This document shows, piece after piece, positions 7,463 to 16,896 of a stretch of DNA of 29,473 nt (its first letter is position 1; every line of letters begins with the position of its first letter). The notes beneath the pieces were generated by a model. The model was not told the DNA's origin. It searched no databases and saw nothing but the letters and a program-made list of their open reading frames with translations. The position numbers and the translations under genes are program-made. This DNA comes from an uncultured Pseudomonadota bacterium (lineage in GTDB: Bacteria > Myxococcota_A > Polyangia > Nannocystales > Nannocystaceae), in assembly GCA_937896535.1 (NCBI GenBank), contig CALBMM010000222.1, positions 1 to 29,473 of the forward strand, given 5' to 3'.

Positions 7463-8349
7463 AGATTCGTTCACGACATGTCGCTCGATTCGCGACCCTC
7501 TTGGTGCTCGTCGGGTTGCCCGGATGCACCCGAGCGCAGGCCGAGGGCGAGCCGCTACCTGCCGCCAAGGGCGAGGGGGCCCCGGCCGGTCCCGAGGTCC
7601 CCACGCTCGCGAGCCTCGACGAAGAGCGGAAGGTGCAGTCCCTTCGTTTCGTCGGCAGCCTGCTGGTCAAGGATCGGGTGGAAGTCGCCGCCGAGATGGG
7701 CGGCACGCTCGCAGAGGTGCGCAACGAGGTGGGCGACACGGTCAAGAAGGGCGACGTGCTGTTCCGGCTCAAGGGCAGCAGTGCTCGCTTGGGCCTGCGT
7801 CGCACCAAGACCGGACTCGCGGCGGCCAAGCAGCAGCTCGCCACGGCCCAGACCAACCTCGAGCGGATCCAGCAGCTGTACGACGCCGGCGCGACGACCA
7901 AGGCCACCCTCGACCAGGCGCTGTCGGCCCACGAGGCGGCCACGATCGGGGTCCAGGACGCCGAGCTCGCGGTCGACGTGGGCAGCACGTCGATGGCCGA
8001 CACGACCACGCGCTCGCCCATCGACGGCATCATTACGGAGAAGCGCAAGAACGCGGGGGAAGCGGTCGCGTCCATGCCGCCCACCGTCGTCGTGGTCGTC
8101 GAAGACCGCGCCGTGCTCGAGCTGCGCTTCCGCGTGCCCGAGCAGCACCTGAGCCGACTCCCCCCCGGCACCGAGCTCGAGGCCGAGTTCGCCGCGCTCG
8201 GTTCGAAGCGAACCGTGAAGGTCTCGCGCCATGGTCAGTCGGTCGATCCGCTCACGCGAACGATCGAGGTGATCTGCGACATCGACAACGCCGACGGCTC
8301 GCTCAAGCCGGGCATGTCCGCGGAGGTCACGGCCGGCACCGCGGCCTGA
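7459..8349 (+). CDS. RND efflux membrane fusion protein (HlyD/AcrA-like periplasmic adaptor), lipoprotein
   Basis: Lipoprotein signal MKIRSRHVARFATLLVLVGLPGC, coiled-coil hairpin region (LAAAKQQLATAQTNLERIQQLYDAGATTKATLDQALSAHEAA) and beta-barrel/lipoyl segments. The track ORF 7069..8349 is an in-frame N-terminal extension that overlaps tetR; the ATG at 7459 overlaps the tetR stop. Confidence 0.85.
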   Translation: MKIRSRHVARFATLLVLVGLPGCTRAQAEGEPLPAAKGEGAPAGPEVPTLASLDEERKVQSLRFVGSLLVKDRVEVAAEMGGTLAEVRNEVGDTVKKGDVLFRLKGSSARLGLRRTKTGLAAAKQQLATAQTNLERIQQLYDAGATTKATLDQALSAHEAATIGVQDAELAVDVGSTSMADTTTRSPIDGIITEKRKNAGEAVASMPPTVVVVVEDRAVLELRFRVPEQHLSRLPPGTELEAEFAALGSKRTVKVSRHGQSVDPLTRTIEVICDIDNADGSLKPGMSAEVTAGTAA

Positions 8350-8426
8350 CCTTCGACTCCCCTTCGGCGGTCCACGCCGTCACCAACGTCACGCCCGCCG
8401 CGGCGTGACGACGGGATTGCTACGTC

Positions 8427-11400
8427 ATGAAACTGGCCAAAGTCTCCATCGATCGACCCGTCTTCGCCGCGATGATCATCGCCGCGCTCGTGGTCTTCGG
8501 CCTCATCTCGTACCCGAAGATCGGCGTCGATCTGTTCCCGAACGCGGAGTTTCCCGTCGTCACGGTGACCGTGGTCTATCCGGGCGCCGACCCGGAGACG
8601 ATGGAATCGAAGGTCGCCGAGCCCATCGAGGAGGCGCTGCAGAGCATGAGCGGCATCGACTCGATGACCTCGCTCAACACCGAGAGCCTCGTGCAGATCA
8701 TCGTGCAGTTCGAGCTCGAGGTCTCGGCCGACGACGCACTGCAGGAGATCCGCGACAAGATATCCACGATCGAGGGCAACCTGCCGTCGGGTATCGAGCC
8801 GCCGCTGGTCCAGAAGTTCGACATCGGGGCCGCGCCGATCATGTCGGTCGCGGTCGCCGGCGACCTCGGACCGGCCGAGCTGTCCGAGCTCGCCGACGAA
8901 CGCGTCAAGCAGGCGATCGAGCGCGTTCCCGGCGTCGGCGGAGCCGACCTCATCGGCGCTCGCGAGCGGGTGATCGAGATCATCGTCGATCCGAACGCCC
9001 TGACCTCCTACGGCCTGACCGTGCAGGACGTCGCCGGTGCTCTCGCTGCGCAGAGCCTGGATCTGCCGGCGGGCTCGGTCCACGACGGCGCCAAGGAGCT
9101 TTCGATCAAGACCAAGGGAGAGGTGCGCTCGGTCGCCGAGATCGGAGCCCTCGTGATCCCCCGCGGCCCCGGGATGTCGATCCGAGTGCGTGACGTCGCC
9201 GAGGTGCGCGAGGGGCTCGAGGACGCACGCTCGGCTTCGGCCCTCGACGGCAAGTCCGCCGTGGCCCTCGTCGTCCGCAAGCAATCGGGCGCCAACACCG
9301 TCGAGGTCGCGGCACGCGTTCGGGCGGTCGTCGACGAGCTGCGCCCGGAGCTCGAGAAGGCGGGGGCGACGATCTCGGTGCCGACCGACAGCTCCGTCTT
9401 CATCGAGCACTCGATCCACGACGTGCAGTTCGACCTGCTGTTCGGCGCGGGGTTGACCATCGTCATCATCTTCGTCTTCCTCGGCGACGGCCGCGCCACG
9501 CTGATCAGCGCCCTGGCCCTGCCCACGAGCGTGATCGGCTCGTTCCTCGTCATGCAGCTGTTGGACTTCACGTTCAACAACCTCACGATGCTCGCGCTGT
9601 CGCTTTCGATCGGAATCTTGGTCGACGACGCGATCGTCGTCATCGAGAACATCCACCGCCACCTCGAGATGGGCAAGTCCAAGCGGCAGGCCGCGTACGA
9701 GGCGACCGCCGAGATCGGGCTCGCCGTGCTCGCCACCACGCTGTGCATCGTCGCCGTGTTCGTTCCCGTGGCGGTCATGAAGGGCCTGATCGGCCGCTTC
9801 TTCTTCCAGTTCGGCATCACCGTGGCGGTCGCCGTGCTCCTGTCGATGTTCGTGTCGTTCACGCTCACGCCGCTGTTGTCGTCGCGGATCTTGTCGGCGG
9901 CGCACGGCAAGAAGTTCTTCCTGCTGCGCGGGGTGGACTGGCTCATGAACCGGCTGTCGCACGTGTACGCCAGGCTCGTCGGCGCGTCCCTGCGTCACCC
10001 GATCATCACGCTGGCGGTCGCGGTCGCGTCGCTCGTGGGCGCCGTGAGCCTGCTGACCCAGGTCAAGACCGAGTTCGCGCCGCCCGAGGACCGCTCCCAG
10101 TTCGCCATCGACGTCGAAACGCCGACCGGGACCTCGCTCGAGGCCACGGCGGCGATCGTGGACGCGATCGCCGAGGATGCGCGCGAGAACATCCCGCACG
10201 TGCGCGGCACCTTCGTCACCGTCGGCGACGCGGCCGGATCGCAGCTCAACAAGGGCCGTATCGAGGTCTTGCTGCTGGGCTCCAAGCAGCGCCCCTGGCG
10301 ACAGCTGGACGCGATGGCGTGGGCCCGCGAGCGCTACGACGACGTGGGCGACGCCAAGGTCACCGTCGCCGAGATCGCTGCGATCAGCGGCGGCGGGCAG
10401 TCCACGGCGCCCATTCAGTTCGTCATCAAGGGCAAGGACCTGCGCGAGCTGACGGCGGCGGCCGACCAGATGGTCGAGCGTCTGCGCGAGACGCCGGGCT
10501 TCGTCGACGTGGACACGAACAACCGCGCCGGCAAGCCCGAGCTGAGCATCGAGATCGATCGCGAGCGTGCCGCCGACCTCGGCGTGCCCGTCGCGACGAT
10601 CGCCCAGACGATCCGCGCCCTCGTGGCCGGTGACGCCGTGGGAGAGCTTCGCGACGAGCAGGGCACGGCCGACGTCACGTTGCGCCTGCCCGAGTCGATG
10701 CGGGCCCGCCTGGAGCAGGTTCCCAACCTCAAGGTCCGCTCGACCTCGGGGGTGCTCGTGGAGCTGTCCAGCATCGTGCACATCGAACGCGGCGAAGGAC
10801 CGAGCCTCATCTCGCGTCTGGACCGCCAGCGCCAGGTCACGATCCTCGCCAACCTCGACGGGCTGCCGCTGGGCGAGGCGCAGGTGAAGGTGCGGGAGAT
10901 CGCCGAGGAGGTCGTGCCCGCCACCGTCTCCACCCGGTTCATCGGCATGGTCGAGATCATGGAGGAGTCGTTCGGCCACATGGTGTTCGCCCTCGGTCTC
11001 GCCGTGGTCATCGTCTACATGATCCTCGCGGCGCAGTTCGACAGCTTCCTGCAGCCGATCGCGATCATGCTGTCGCTGCCGCTGTCGTTCATCGGGGCAT
11101 TCGGCGCCTTGTACCTCGCGGGGATGACGATGAACATCTTCTCGATGATCGGTCTCATCATGCTGATGGGCCTGGTCACCAAGAACGCGATCTTGCTCGT
11201 CGACTTCGCCAACGCCGCACGGGCCGACGGACAGCCCGTGATCGAGGCGCTCGTCGAGGCCGGCCGCATTCGTCTGCGCCCGATCCTGATGACGACCGCC
11301 GCGATGATCTTCGGCATGCTGCCGGTCGCGCTCGCCATCTCCGAGGGTGGTGAGACGCGGGCGCCGATGGCCTGGGCCGTGATCGGCGGCCTCATCACCT

Positions 11401-11594
11401 CGACGCTGCTGACGCTCGTCGTCGTCCCCGTCGTGTACTTGCTGCTGGACAAGCTCGGCAACAGCCGTCTCGTGCGTTGGATCGGCCGCAAGCTCGCCGG
11501 CGGAGAGGCCCACGAGGCGGCGACGCTGCCCGTTCCCGTCAGCCCATCCACGGCCGCGCCTGGTCCCGTCGACGAGCCCCCGTCGGATGCCTGA
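8427..11594 (+). CDS. RND efflux transporter permease (HAE1 / AcrB-like)
   Basis: 1055 aa with 12-TM topology and two large periplasmic loops. It has the conserved N-terminal MKLAKVSIDRPVFAAMIIAALVVFG and AcrB-family motifs throughout. Confidence 0.95.
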   Translation: MKLAKVSIDRPVFAAMIIAALVVFGLISYPKIGVDLFPNAEFPVVTVTVVYPGADPETMESKVAEPIEEALQSMSGIDSMTSLNTESLVQIIVQFELEVSADDALQEIRDKISTIEGNLPSGIEPPLVQKFDIGAAPIMSVAVAGDLGPAELSELADERVKQAIERVPGVGGADLIGARERVIEIIVDPNALTSYGLTVQDVAGALAAQSLDLPAGSVHDGAKELSIKTKGEVRSVAEIGALVIPRGPGMSIRVRDVAEVREGLEDARSASALDGKSAVALVVRKQSGANTVEVAARVRAVVDELRPELEKAGATISVPTDSSVFIEHSIHDVQFDLLFGAGLTIVIIFVFLGDGRATLISALALPTSVIGSFLVMQLLDFTFNNLTMLALSLSIGILVDDAIVVIENIHRHLEMGKSKRQAAYEATAEIGLAVLATTLCIVAVFVPVAVMKGLIGRFFFQFGITVAVAVLLSMFVSFTLTPLLSSRILSAAHGKKFFLLRGVDWLMNRLSHVYARLVGASLRHPIITLAVAVASLVGAVSLLTQVKTEFAPPEDRSQFAIDVETPTGTSLEATAAIVDAIAEDARENIPHVRGTFVTVGDAAGSQLNKGRIEVLLLGSKQRPWRQLDAMAWARERYDDVGDAKVTVAEIAAISGGGQSTAPIQFVIKGKDLRELTAAADQMVERLRETPGFVDVDTNNRAGKPELSIEIDRERAADLGVPVATIAQTIRALVAGDAVGELRDEQGTADVTLRLPESMRARLEQVPNLKVRSTSGVLVELSSIVHIERGEGPSLISRLDRQRQVTILANLDGLPLGEAQVKVREIAEEVVPATVSTRFIGMVEIMEESFGHMVFALGLAVVIVYMILAAQFDSFLQPIAIMLSLPLSFIGAFGALYLAGMTMNIFSMIGLIMLMGLVTKNAILLVDFANAARADGQPVIEALVEAGRIRLRPILMTTAAMIFGMLPVALAISEGGETRAPMAWAVIGGLITSTLLTLVVVPVVYLLLDKLGNSRLVRWIGRKLAGGEAHEAATLPVPVSPSTAAPGPVDEPPSDA

Positions 11595-11621
11595 GCCGCG
11601 CCGTCTTCCGGAGCCCTTGCC

Positions 11622-13202
11622 ATGAAACCCGTGCTCATCGCCTCGATCGTCACTGCAATCGACCTGTTGGCACTGCGGCCCGCCGCTGCCGCGGGACCGG
11701 AGCTCGCCCCGAGCGACCCCGCGCCCACCGGACCCGCCGCCGAAGACGGACGCGTCGGGCCGCTGCCGACCTCCGGTGCCGCCGAGTCGGTCGAGCCGCG
11801 CGAGGACCCGGTGGTCGTCGCACTCACGCCGGTGCGCGGGGGGCTGACCTCCGACGAAGTCGCCCGCAAGGCGGTCGCCACGGCGCCGATGCTCGAGGCG
11901 AGGCGGGCGGAGGTCTCCGTCGCGGCGGCCGAGGTCGACCAGACGATGGCGGTCTTCCTTCCCCGCGTGGAGCTGTCGGCCCGCTACACGCGACTGTCGA
12001 ACGTCAACGTCACGTTCGGCGACGGCGCACTCGTCGGTGCGCTCAACGACGGCGTGCTCGGGGTCGGCATGTGTCCCGACGGGACGTCGACCTGTGTCGT
12101 GGACTCCGCGGGCGTGCCCGTGGGCGCGACCGCGTTCCAGATCCCGCAGGTGCTCAACCAGTACTCGACCCAAGCGTCGTTGTCGGTGCCGCTGTCGGAC
12201 TACGTGTTTCGCTTGATGCAGGGCCTCGACGCCGCCAAGTCGGGGCGCAAGGCCGCCGAGATCACCCGCGACGCCGAGGAGCGCAAGATCCAGCTCGACG
12301 CACGTCTGGCCTACTACGACTGGCTGCGCGCAAAGGCACAGGTCGCCGTCGCGCAGGACTCGGTGGTCACCGCGAAGGCACGGCTGGCCGAGGCGGAGGC
12401 GGGCAAGAAGGCCGGCGTCGTCGCGAAGGTCGACGTGCTGCGCCTCGAGTCGCTCGTCGCCAATGCGGAGGCGATGGTGGCGCGCACCGAGTCGTTCGAG
12501 GCCGTGGCCCGCCGCGCCCTCGCGGTGACGATGGGCGAGCCGGTCCGCGACTACGAGGTCGGCGAGAGCGTGCTCGGCTCCACGATGGAAGCCGCGCGCT
12601 GGCCCGAGCTCGACGCTCTCGTCGACGAGGCGCAGGCCAACCGCATGGAGCTTCGCGCGCTGCAGGCCAACGACCGTGCGATCCGCTCGGGGCTCAAGAC
12701 CGAGCGCGCCGGACTGTTCCCGCGACTGGACGCCTTCGCCGAGGTCACGTACGCCAACCCCAACCAGCGCTTCTTTCCCTTGCAGCAGAAGTGGAACTCG
12801 ACGTGGTCGGCCGGCATCGCGTTGACCTACAACCTCACGGGGATCGCCTCGGCGCGGGCCAACCGCAAGAAGCTGCGGGCGCAGGCCAAGGCCCTCGACG
12901 CCCAGGGCGAGGCGCTGCGACGGGGGATCGAGCTCGAGGTCGCGGCCGCCCATGCGGCCCACGAAAACGCTCTGGTCGCGATCCGACTCGGCGAGAAGGC
13001 GCGCGAGACCTCCGACGCGGCGTACGAGGCCACCACCGCGCAGTTCAAGGCGGGAACGGCCACCGCGACGGACCTGATCGAGGCGCAGGGCGAGCGCATC
13101 ACGGCGGACCTGCAGGTCGTCAACGCGCGCATCGACCTCAAGGTCGCCGATGCGAAGCTGCGCTACGCGACCGGTCGTCCCGATGCGGACGTCCGCAGCT
13201 GA
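11622..13202 (+). CDS. TolC-family outer membrane efflux protein
   Basis: 526 aa with a signal peptide and the duplicated alpha-helical/beta-barrel repeat pattern of outer membrane factor proteins. It sits 27 bp after the RND gene. Confidence 0.85.
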   Translation: MKPVLIASIVTAIDLLALRPAAAAGPELAPSDPAPTGPAAEDGRVGPLPTSGAAESVEPREDPVVVALTPVRGGLTSDEVARKAVATAPMLEARRAEVSVAAAEVDQTMAVFLPRVELSARYTRLSNVNVTFGDGALVGALNDGVLGVGMCPDGTSTCVVDSAGVPVGATAFQIPQVLNQYSTQASLSVPLSDYVFRLMQGLDAAKSGRKAAEITRDAEERKIQLDARLAYYDWLRAKAQVAVAQDSVVTAKARLAEAEAGKKAGVVAKVDVLRLESLVANAEAMVARTESFEAVARRALAVTMGEPVRDYEVGESVLGSTMEAARWPELDALVDEAQANRMELRALQANDRAIRSGLKTERAGLFPRLDAFAEVTYANPNQRFFPLQQKWNSTWSAGIALTYNLTGIASARANRKKLRAQAKALDAQGEALRRGIELEVAAAHAAHENALVAIRLGEKARETSDAAYEATTAQFKAGTATATDLIEAQGERITADLQVVNARIDLKVADAKLRYATGRPDADVRS

Positions 13203-13208
13203 GGCCGC

Positions 13209-14090
13209 TCAGCGCGACAGCAGCTTGGCGAGGGCGTCGGCGTGCAGCTCGGCCTCGCGCTCGCCGAGCTCGATCGTCTCGTCGACCTTGTCGGGCTGCG
13301 TATAGTCCCACGCGTCGACCGGCGGCGTGACCGTGGGGGCGACGTACAGGCGGGGTCCGTGCTCGCCGAGCGCCTCGGGAGGGTAGGGGCGCGTCATCAT
13401 CACCAGGTTGCGGTCGACGTCGGGGTGGTCCTCGGCTGCCCATGCCGGCACGTTGTCGATGAGCCCCCCGTCGAGCAGTCGCTGCCCGCGGAACCTGCCG
13501 ATCTTGGTGAACGGTGGCGACGACGAGGACGCGAGCACCAGGTCGGCGAGCTCCTCGGCCGACTCGCACGTGCGCGCGTCGACGACGTAGGGCCGAAAGC
13601 CGATGCGGCGGCCGGCGGTCGGATGGACCATCGACGGGCGCAACCTCTTCTCGAGGTTGTAGGCGGCGAAGCCGGCGAGGGCGGCCGCGGTGGCGGGGAC
13701 CAGCGGCGGCAGGCGGGCCGTCACGACGTAGATCGGAAACGGCTGCGCTCGGATCCGTTCGAGCCCGCCCTCGGCGAACATGCACAGCAGCGTGTCGCGG
13801 TAGATGTCGCCGTGCGGCACGATCCGCTGGCCCCGTAGCGGGCGCAGCGGGTCCACGTTGCGGGTGATGCCTTCGCGGCGCGCTCGCCAGAACGAACGCA
13901 CCAGTCGCTCGCGCTCCGACAGCCACAGCGCGACCACGCAGGCTCCGGCACTGCACGCCGCGATCGCGGCGGTGCGCGGCCACAGTCGCTCGCCCCAGCG
14001 GTGCAGCAGACCGAGCTGGTAGAAGGCCCGGTTGCCGCCGCCGGCGAACGTGAGCGCGGTATTGCGCCGCTGCGGTCGCGAGGTGTCCAC
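13209..14090 (-). CDS. patatin-like phospholipase family protein
   Basis: 293 aa with the oxyanion motif FAGGGNRAFYQLG, a nucleophile-elbow variant ACSAG and the catalytic Asp motif LLDGGLIDNVP. Confidence 0.8.
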   Translation of the reverse strand: MDTSRPQRRNTALTFAGGGNRAFYQLGLLHRWGERLWPRTAAIAACSAGACVVALWLSERERLVRSFWRARREGITRNVDPLRPLRGQRIVPHGDIYRDTLLCMFAEGGLERIRAQPFPIYVVTARLPPLVPATAAALAGFAAYNLEKRLRPSMVHPTAGRRIGFRPYVVDARTCESAEELADLVLASSSSPPFTKIGRFRGQRLLDGGLIDNVPAWAAEDHPDVDRNLVMMTRPYPPEALGEHGPRLYVAPTVTPPVDAWDYTQPDKVDETIELGEREAELHADALAKLLSR

Positions 14091-14143
14091 CGCGGGCTGG
14101 AATGCGTCATCGCGTCGGCGCCGTCAAGGCGTCGCGCCTCGCG

Positions 14144-15613
14144 TCAAGGCTCGCGTCGCGGGGCCATGATCGCGCGGCGGATCTCGGCGTTGGGGTGGTC
14201 GTCGTCGAAGACGAGCTCGCCCACGCCGACCGAGATGCCCAGCCGCGCCATCGCCTCGTCCACGGGCGGGAAGTCGCGGGAGTCGAGCTGCTCGTCGGCG
14301 ATCTGCGTGAAGATCGGCTCGCCGTACCAGCGGTCGAGCTCTTCCAGTAGCGCCTGGGCGTCCCATCGCTCGTCGGCGTCGCCACAGCACGTGCGCAGGT
14401 GCTCGATCGCGTCGTCGAGCGACCGCTCGTTGCCCGAGCGGATACGCAGCTCCACGTCGAGCAGGAACGCGATTGCGGCGCCGCCCCAGTACACCCGCTG
14501 GAACGCGAACGTGTCGCGCATGTGGTCGGACGTCTCGCGCAGCGTCATCATCCGCCCGCCGCGCTTTCCCCGAGCAAACGCGTCGTGCAGCGCGTTCCAG
14601 CCGTCCTCTTCACTGCGGTGACCCATGCGGGTGCGCTGCAGCTCCGTGTAGTAGCTGACCCAGCCCTCGCCCATCCACGCGCCGCGGATGAAGGGCATGC
14701 CGTGGTGGAGCATCTCGTGCACGGTGGTCCAGCCGCCGGGCAACCGCTCGCCCGTCGCCTCGTCGTCGAGCAGCACGAAGATCGCCGGGCCACCGCCGCG
14801 ACTGGCCATGCCGAAGTACACGGTGCCACCTCCGCCGCCGTCGACCGGCACGATGACCACCTGCATGCGCTCGCGCGGGAACTTGCCGTCGAACAGCAGC
14901 GCGACCGAGTCCGACGCGTCCTCGAGCCACCGCCGTACGTCCCGCTGGGTACACGCGATTTCGGCGTCGAGGGTGACCACGTCGAACCGAGTGCCGGCGT
15001 GCGTGAAGCGGTCACGGACGAGGTCGCCCAAGATCGTGTAGCCGAGCCACTCGAGCGCCGTCTTGTCGATCGCGTAGGTGGGCTGAGGCCCACCCCGGAT
15101 CACGGGCCACGGCACCGATACGTCGATCCCTTCGGGGAGCTCGAACTGCGCGGTGATCTCGGCGCCGGCGGGCAGGGTGGGGGGCCGCCACAGCCACTGG
15201 CTCGTCTTCATCGCGAGGCTGTCGCCGAGGTGCATCGTGCGGCGGCGGCTCGACTCGTCGACGATCCGCGCCACGTCGATCGCGTAGTCGATGCAGCTCT
15301 CGTCGCCGAGCTCGTCGAGCGGCAGCACCTTGCCCCGTCGCTTGAGCTTGCGGCCGGAGGCGGTCGCGGCCGTGTCGAGATACTTGGCAGCCTCGTCGAC
15401 GCCGGGGATCAGCGTACGTGGAGGTGCGCCATCGAAGCACATCCGCACGTCGAGGCGCGCGAGGTCGGGGCTGACCCGAACGCGGTAGTGCCAGCCGGTC
15501 GCGGCCGCGGCGGGCTCACCTTCGGCGTCCGGCGATGCACTGCCGGCGGACGGACGGCAGCCGAGCAGCGCGCTGGTCAGGCCGAAGGCGATGGCGAAGC
15601 GGTGCATCGGCAA
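14144..15613 (-). CDS. gluzincin metallopeptidase lipoprotein (HEXXH ... EGW(V)SYY; M1/M61-like)
   Basis: 489 aa with lipoprotein signal MPMHRFAIAFGLTSALLGC. The zinc motif HEMLH is followed by WMGEGWVSYY, resembling the second Glu ligand region of M1/M61 gluzincins. The exact family is not resolved. Confidence 0.7.
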   Translation of the reverse strand: MPMHRFAIAFGLTSALLGCRPSAGSASPDAEGEPAAAATGWHYRVRVSPDLARLDVRMCFDGAPPRTLIPGVDEAAKYLDTAATASGRKLKRRGKVLPLDELGDESCIDYAIDVARIVDESSRRRTMHLGDSLAMKTSQWLWRPPTLPAGAEITAQFELPEGIDVSVPWPVIRGGPQPTYAIDKTALEWLGYTILGDLVRDRFTHAGTRFDVVTLDAEIACTQRDVRRWLEDASDSVALLFDGKFPRERMQVVIVPVDGGGGGTVYFGMASRGGGPAIFVLLDDEATGERLPGGWTTVHEMLHHGMPFIRGAWMGEGWVSYYTELQRTRMGHRSEEDGWNALHDAFARGKRGGRMMTLRETSDHMRDTFAFQRVYWGGAAIAFLLDVELRIRSGNERSLDDAIEHLRTCCGDADERWDAQALLEELDRWYGEPIFTQIADEQLDSRDFPPVDEAMARLGISVGVGELVFDDDHPNAEIRRAIMAPRREP

Positions 15614-15975
15614 AGGAGGGTGGAGCGGACGTCCCCGCCGTCCGGTCTACACGTTGGACGCGACGGGAGGGCGTGCGGTTACGCGTGCTGCCGTCCCGCG
15701 ATCGGCGCGATCGCGAGCGTGGCCGAGATCGGGTCGTGAACGTGGTCCTCGAACCGATCTTGCCCGCCGCGAAACCACGCGCGCGCGCGGAATAGCGGCA
15801 CATGGCACCCGGTATTTTCGGGCGTCGAGCCAGCCCGTGGTCGGCTCGACGGGTCCGGCGGATCTGTGGCAGCGTCGCTGCGCGCGGGTCGGAAGAACGC
15901 TGAGGATCCGACCCCCAACGGAGCAGCCACCCCCCGAGGGCTGCGGCCGGATCGGGCGCTGACCGAGTACGTGCA

Positions 15976-16800
15976 ATGACCGAGTTCTTCGCTGCCACCT
16001 TCGCATTCCCGACGGTCATCTTCACGATCCTGCTGGGGCTCTCGGTCGTCTACTGGACCCTCGTGATCGTCGGCGCGATCGGCATCGACGCCCTCGACCT
16101 CGACGTGGACGTCGACGGCGTGGCCGAAGGCGCGGCGGAGGGGGTCGCCGAAGGTGTCGCGGAAGGTGCGGCGGAAGGCGTCGCGGAAGGCGTGGCCGAA
16201 GGGGTCGCGGAAGGTGCGGCCGAAGGTGTCGCGGACGGCGTGGCCGAAGGTGCCGCGGAAGGTGTCGGCGATGGCGCGGCGGAAGCGGCCGAGGGCGGCG
16301 CCTCGTTCATGGGCACGCTCTTGCTCGCCCTCAAGCTGCGCCAGGCTCCGCTGACGGTCGTCCTCTCGATCTGGATCTTCACGGCCTGGGTGCTGTCGAA
16401 CCTCGGCACCCACTACCTGCTCCACACGCTGGGGATGGGTCCGGCGTGGCTCGTCGGCTCGGGCCTGTTGCTCGGCTCGGCCATCGTCGCCCTGCCGCTG
16501 ACGTCGATCTTCGTCGCGCCCCTGGGCAAGGTGCTCAAGGTCGAGGCGCCGATCTCCCGCAAGGACCTCATCGGCAAGGTGGTCACCGTCGACACCAGCC
16601 GCGTCGACCACCGATTCGGCACCGCCAAGGCCAAGGACTCCGGCGGTGGTCTCATCGTCCAGATCCGCTGCGACGCCGAAGACAACGGCCTGTCGCGCGG
16701 CAGCAAGGCCCTCGTCGTCTCCTGGGACGACGACCGTCAAGCCTACGAAGTCACGCCCGTCGACGACATCCTGCCGTCGGAAGCGCTCGCAAAGCGGTGA
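15976..16800 (+). CDS. YqiJ/NfeD-like inner membrane protein (C-terminal NfeD OB-fold) with an inserted (AEGV)n acidic repeat
   Basis: 274 aa. An N-terminal TM helix is followed by about 15 tandem AEG[VA] tetrapeptides, then 3 TM helices and a C-terminal beta-rich domain LIGKVVTVDTSRVDHRFGTAKAKDSGGGLIVQIRCDAEDNGLSRGSKALVVSWDDDRQAYEVTPV typical of the NfeD/YqiJ partners of SPFH proteins. It lies immediately upstream of a flotillin gene. Confidence 0.75.
   Translation: MTEFFAATFAFPTVIFTILLGLSVVYWTLVIVGAIGIDALDLDVDVDGVAEGAAEGVAEGVAEGAAEGVAEGVAEGVAEGAAEGVADGVAEGAAEGVGDGAAEAAEGGASFMGTLLLALKLRQAPLTVVLSIWIFTAWVLSNLGTHYLLHTLGMGPAWLVGSGLLLGSAIVALPLTSIFVAPLGKVLKVEAPISRKDLIGKVVTVDTSRVDHRFGTAKAKDSGGGLIVQIRCDAEDNGLSRGSKALVVSWDDDRQAYEVTPVDDILPSEALAKR
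16121..16296 (+). repeat. 12 bp tandem repeat (gcSgaaggYgYS, about 14 units) inside the NfeD-like gene
   Basis: Read directly: gtggccgaaggcgcg gcggagggggtc gccgaaggtgtc gcggaaggtgcg gcggaaggcgtc ... The repeats are in frame and encode AEGV/AEGA units. Confidence 0.85.
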
Positions 16801-16896
16801 TCGGTCGTCGACCCCCCACTGGATTTCTTGCCCGAGGCCGGTCCGCGCTGGGATCGGCCAACCAACCCCACTGCCCCAAGGAAAGCCAACACCACC

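Noticed and set aside
8235-12962. 1575 aa ORF on the minus strand
   Set aside because: It is exactly antisense to the RND permease and TolC-like genes. Its translation is Arg/Gly/Asp/His-rich low complexity with no motifs, as expected from the reverse frames of high-GC coding DNA.
15803-15825. TGGCAC hexamer suggestive of a sigma-54 -24 element
   Set aside because: No TTGC(A/T) -12 element follows at the required spacing (the downstream sequence is ccggtattttcg), so it is not a convincing sigma-54 promoter.
16121-16296. 12 bp tandem repeats as a possible CRISPR-like array
   Set aside because: The units are contiguous with no spacers and are in frame within a coding sequence. This is a coding microsatellite, not CRISPR.
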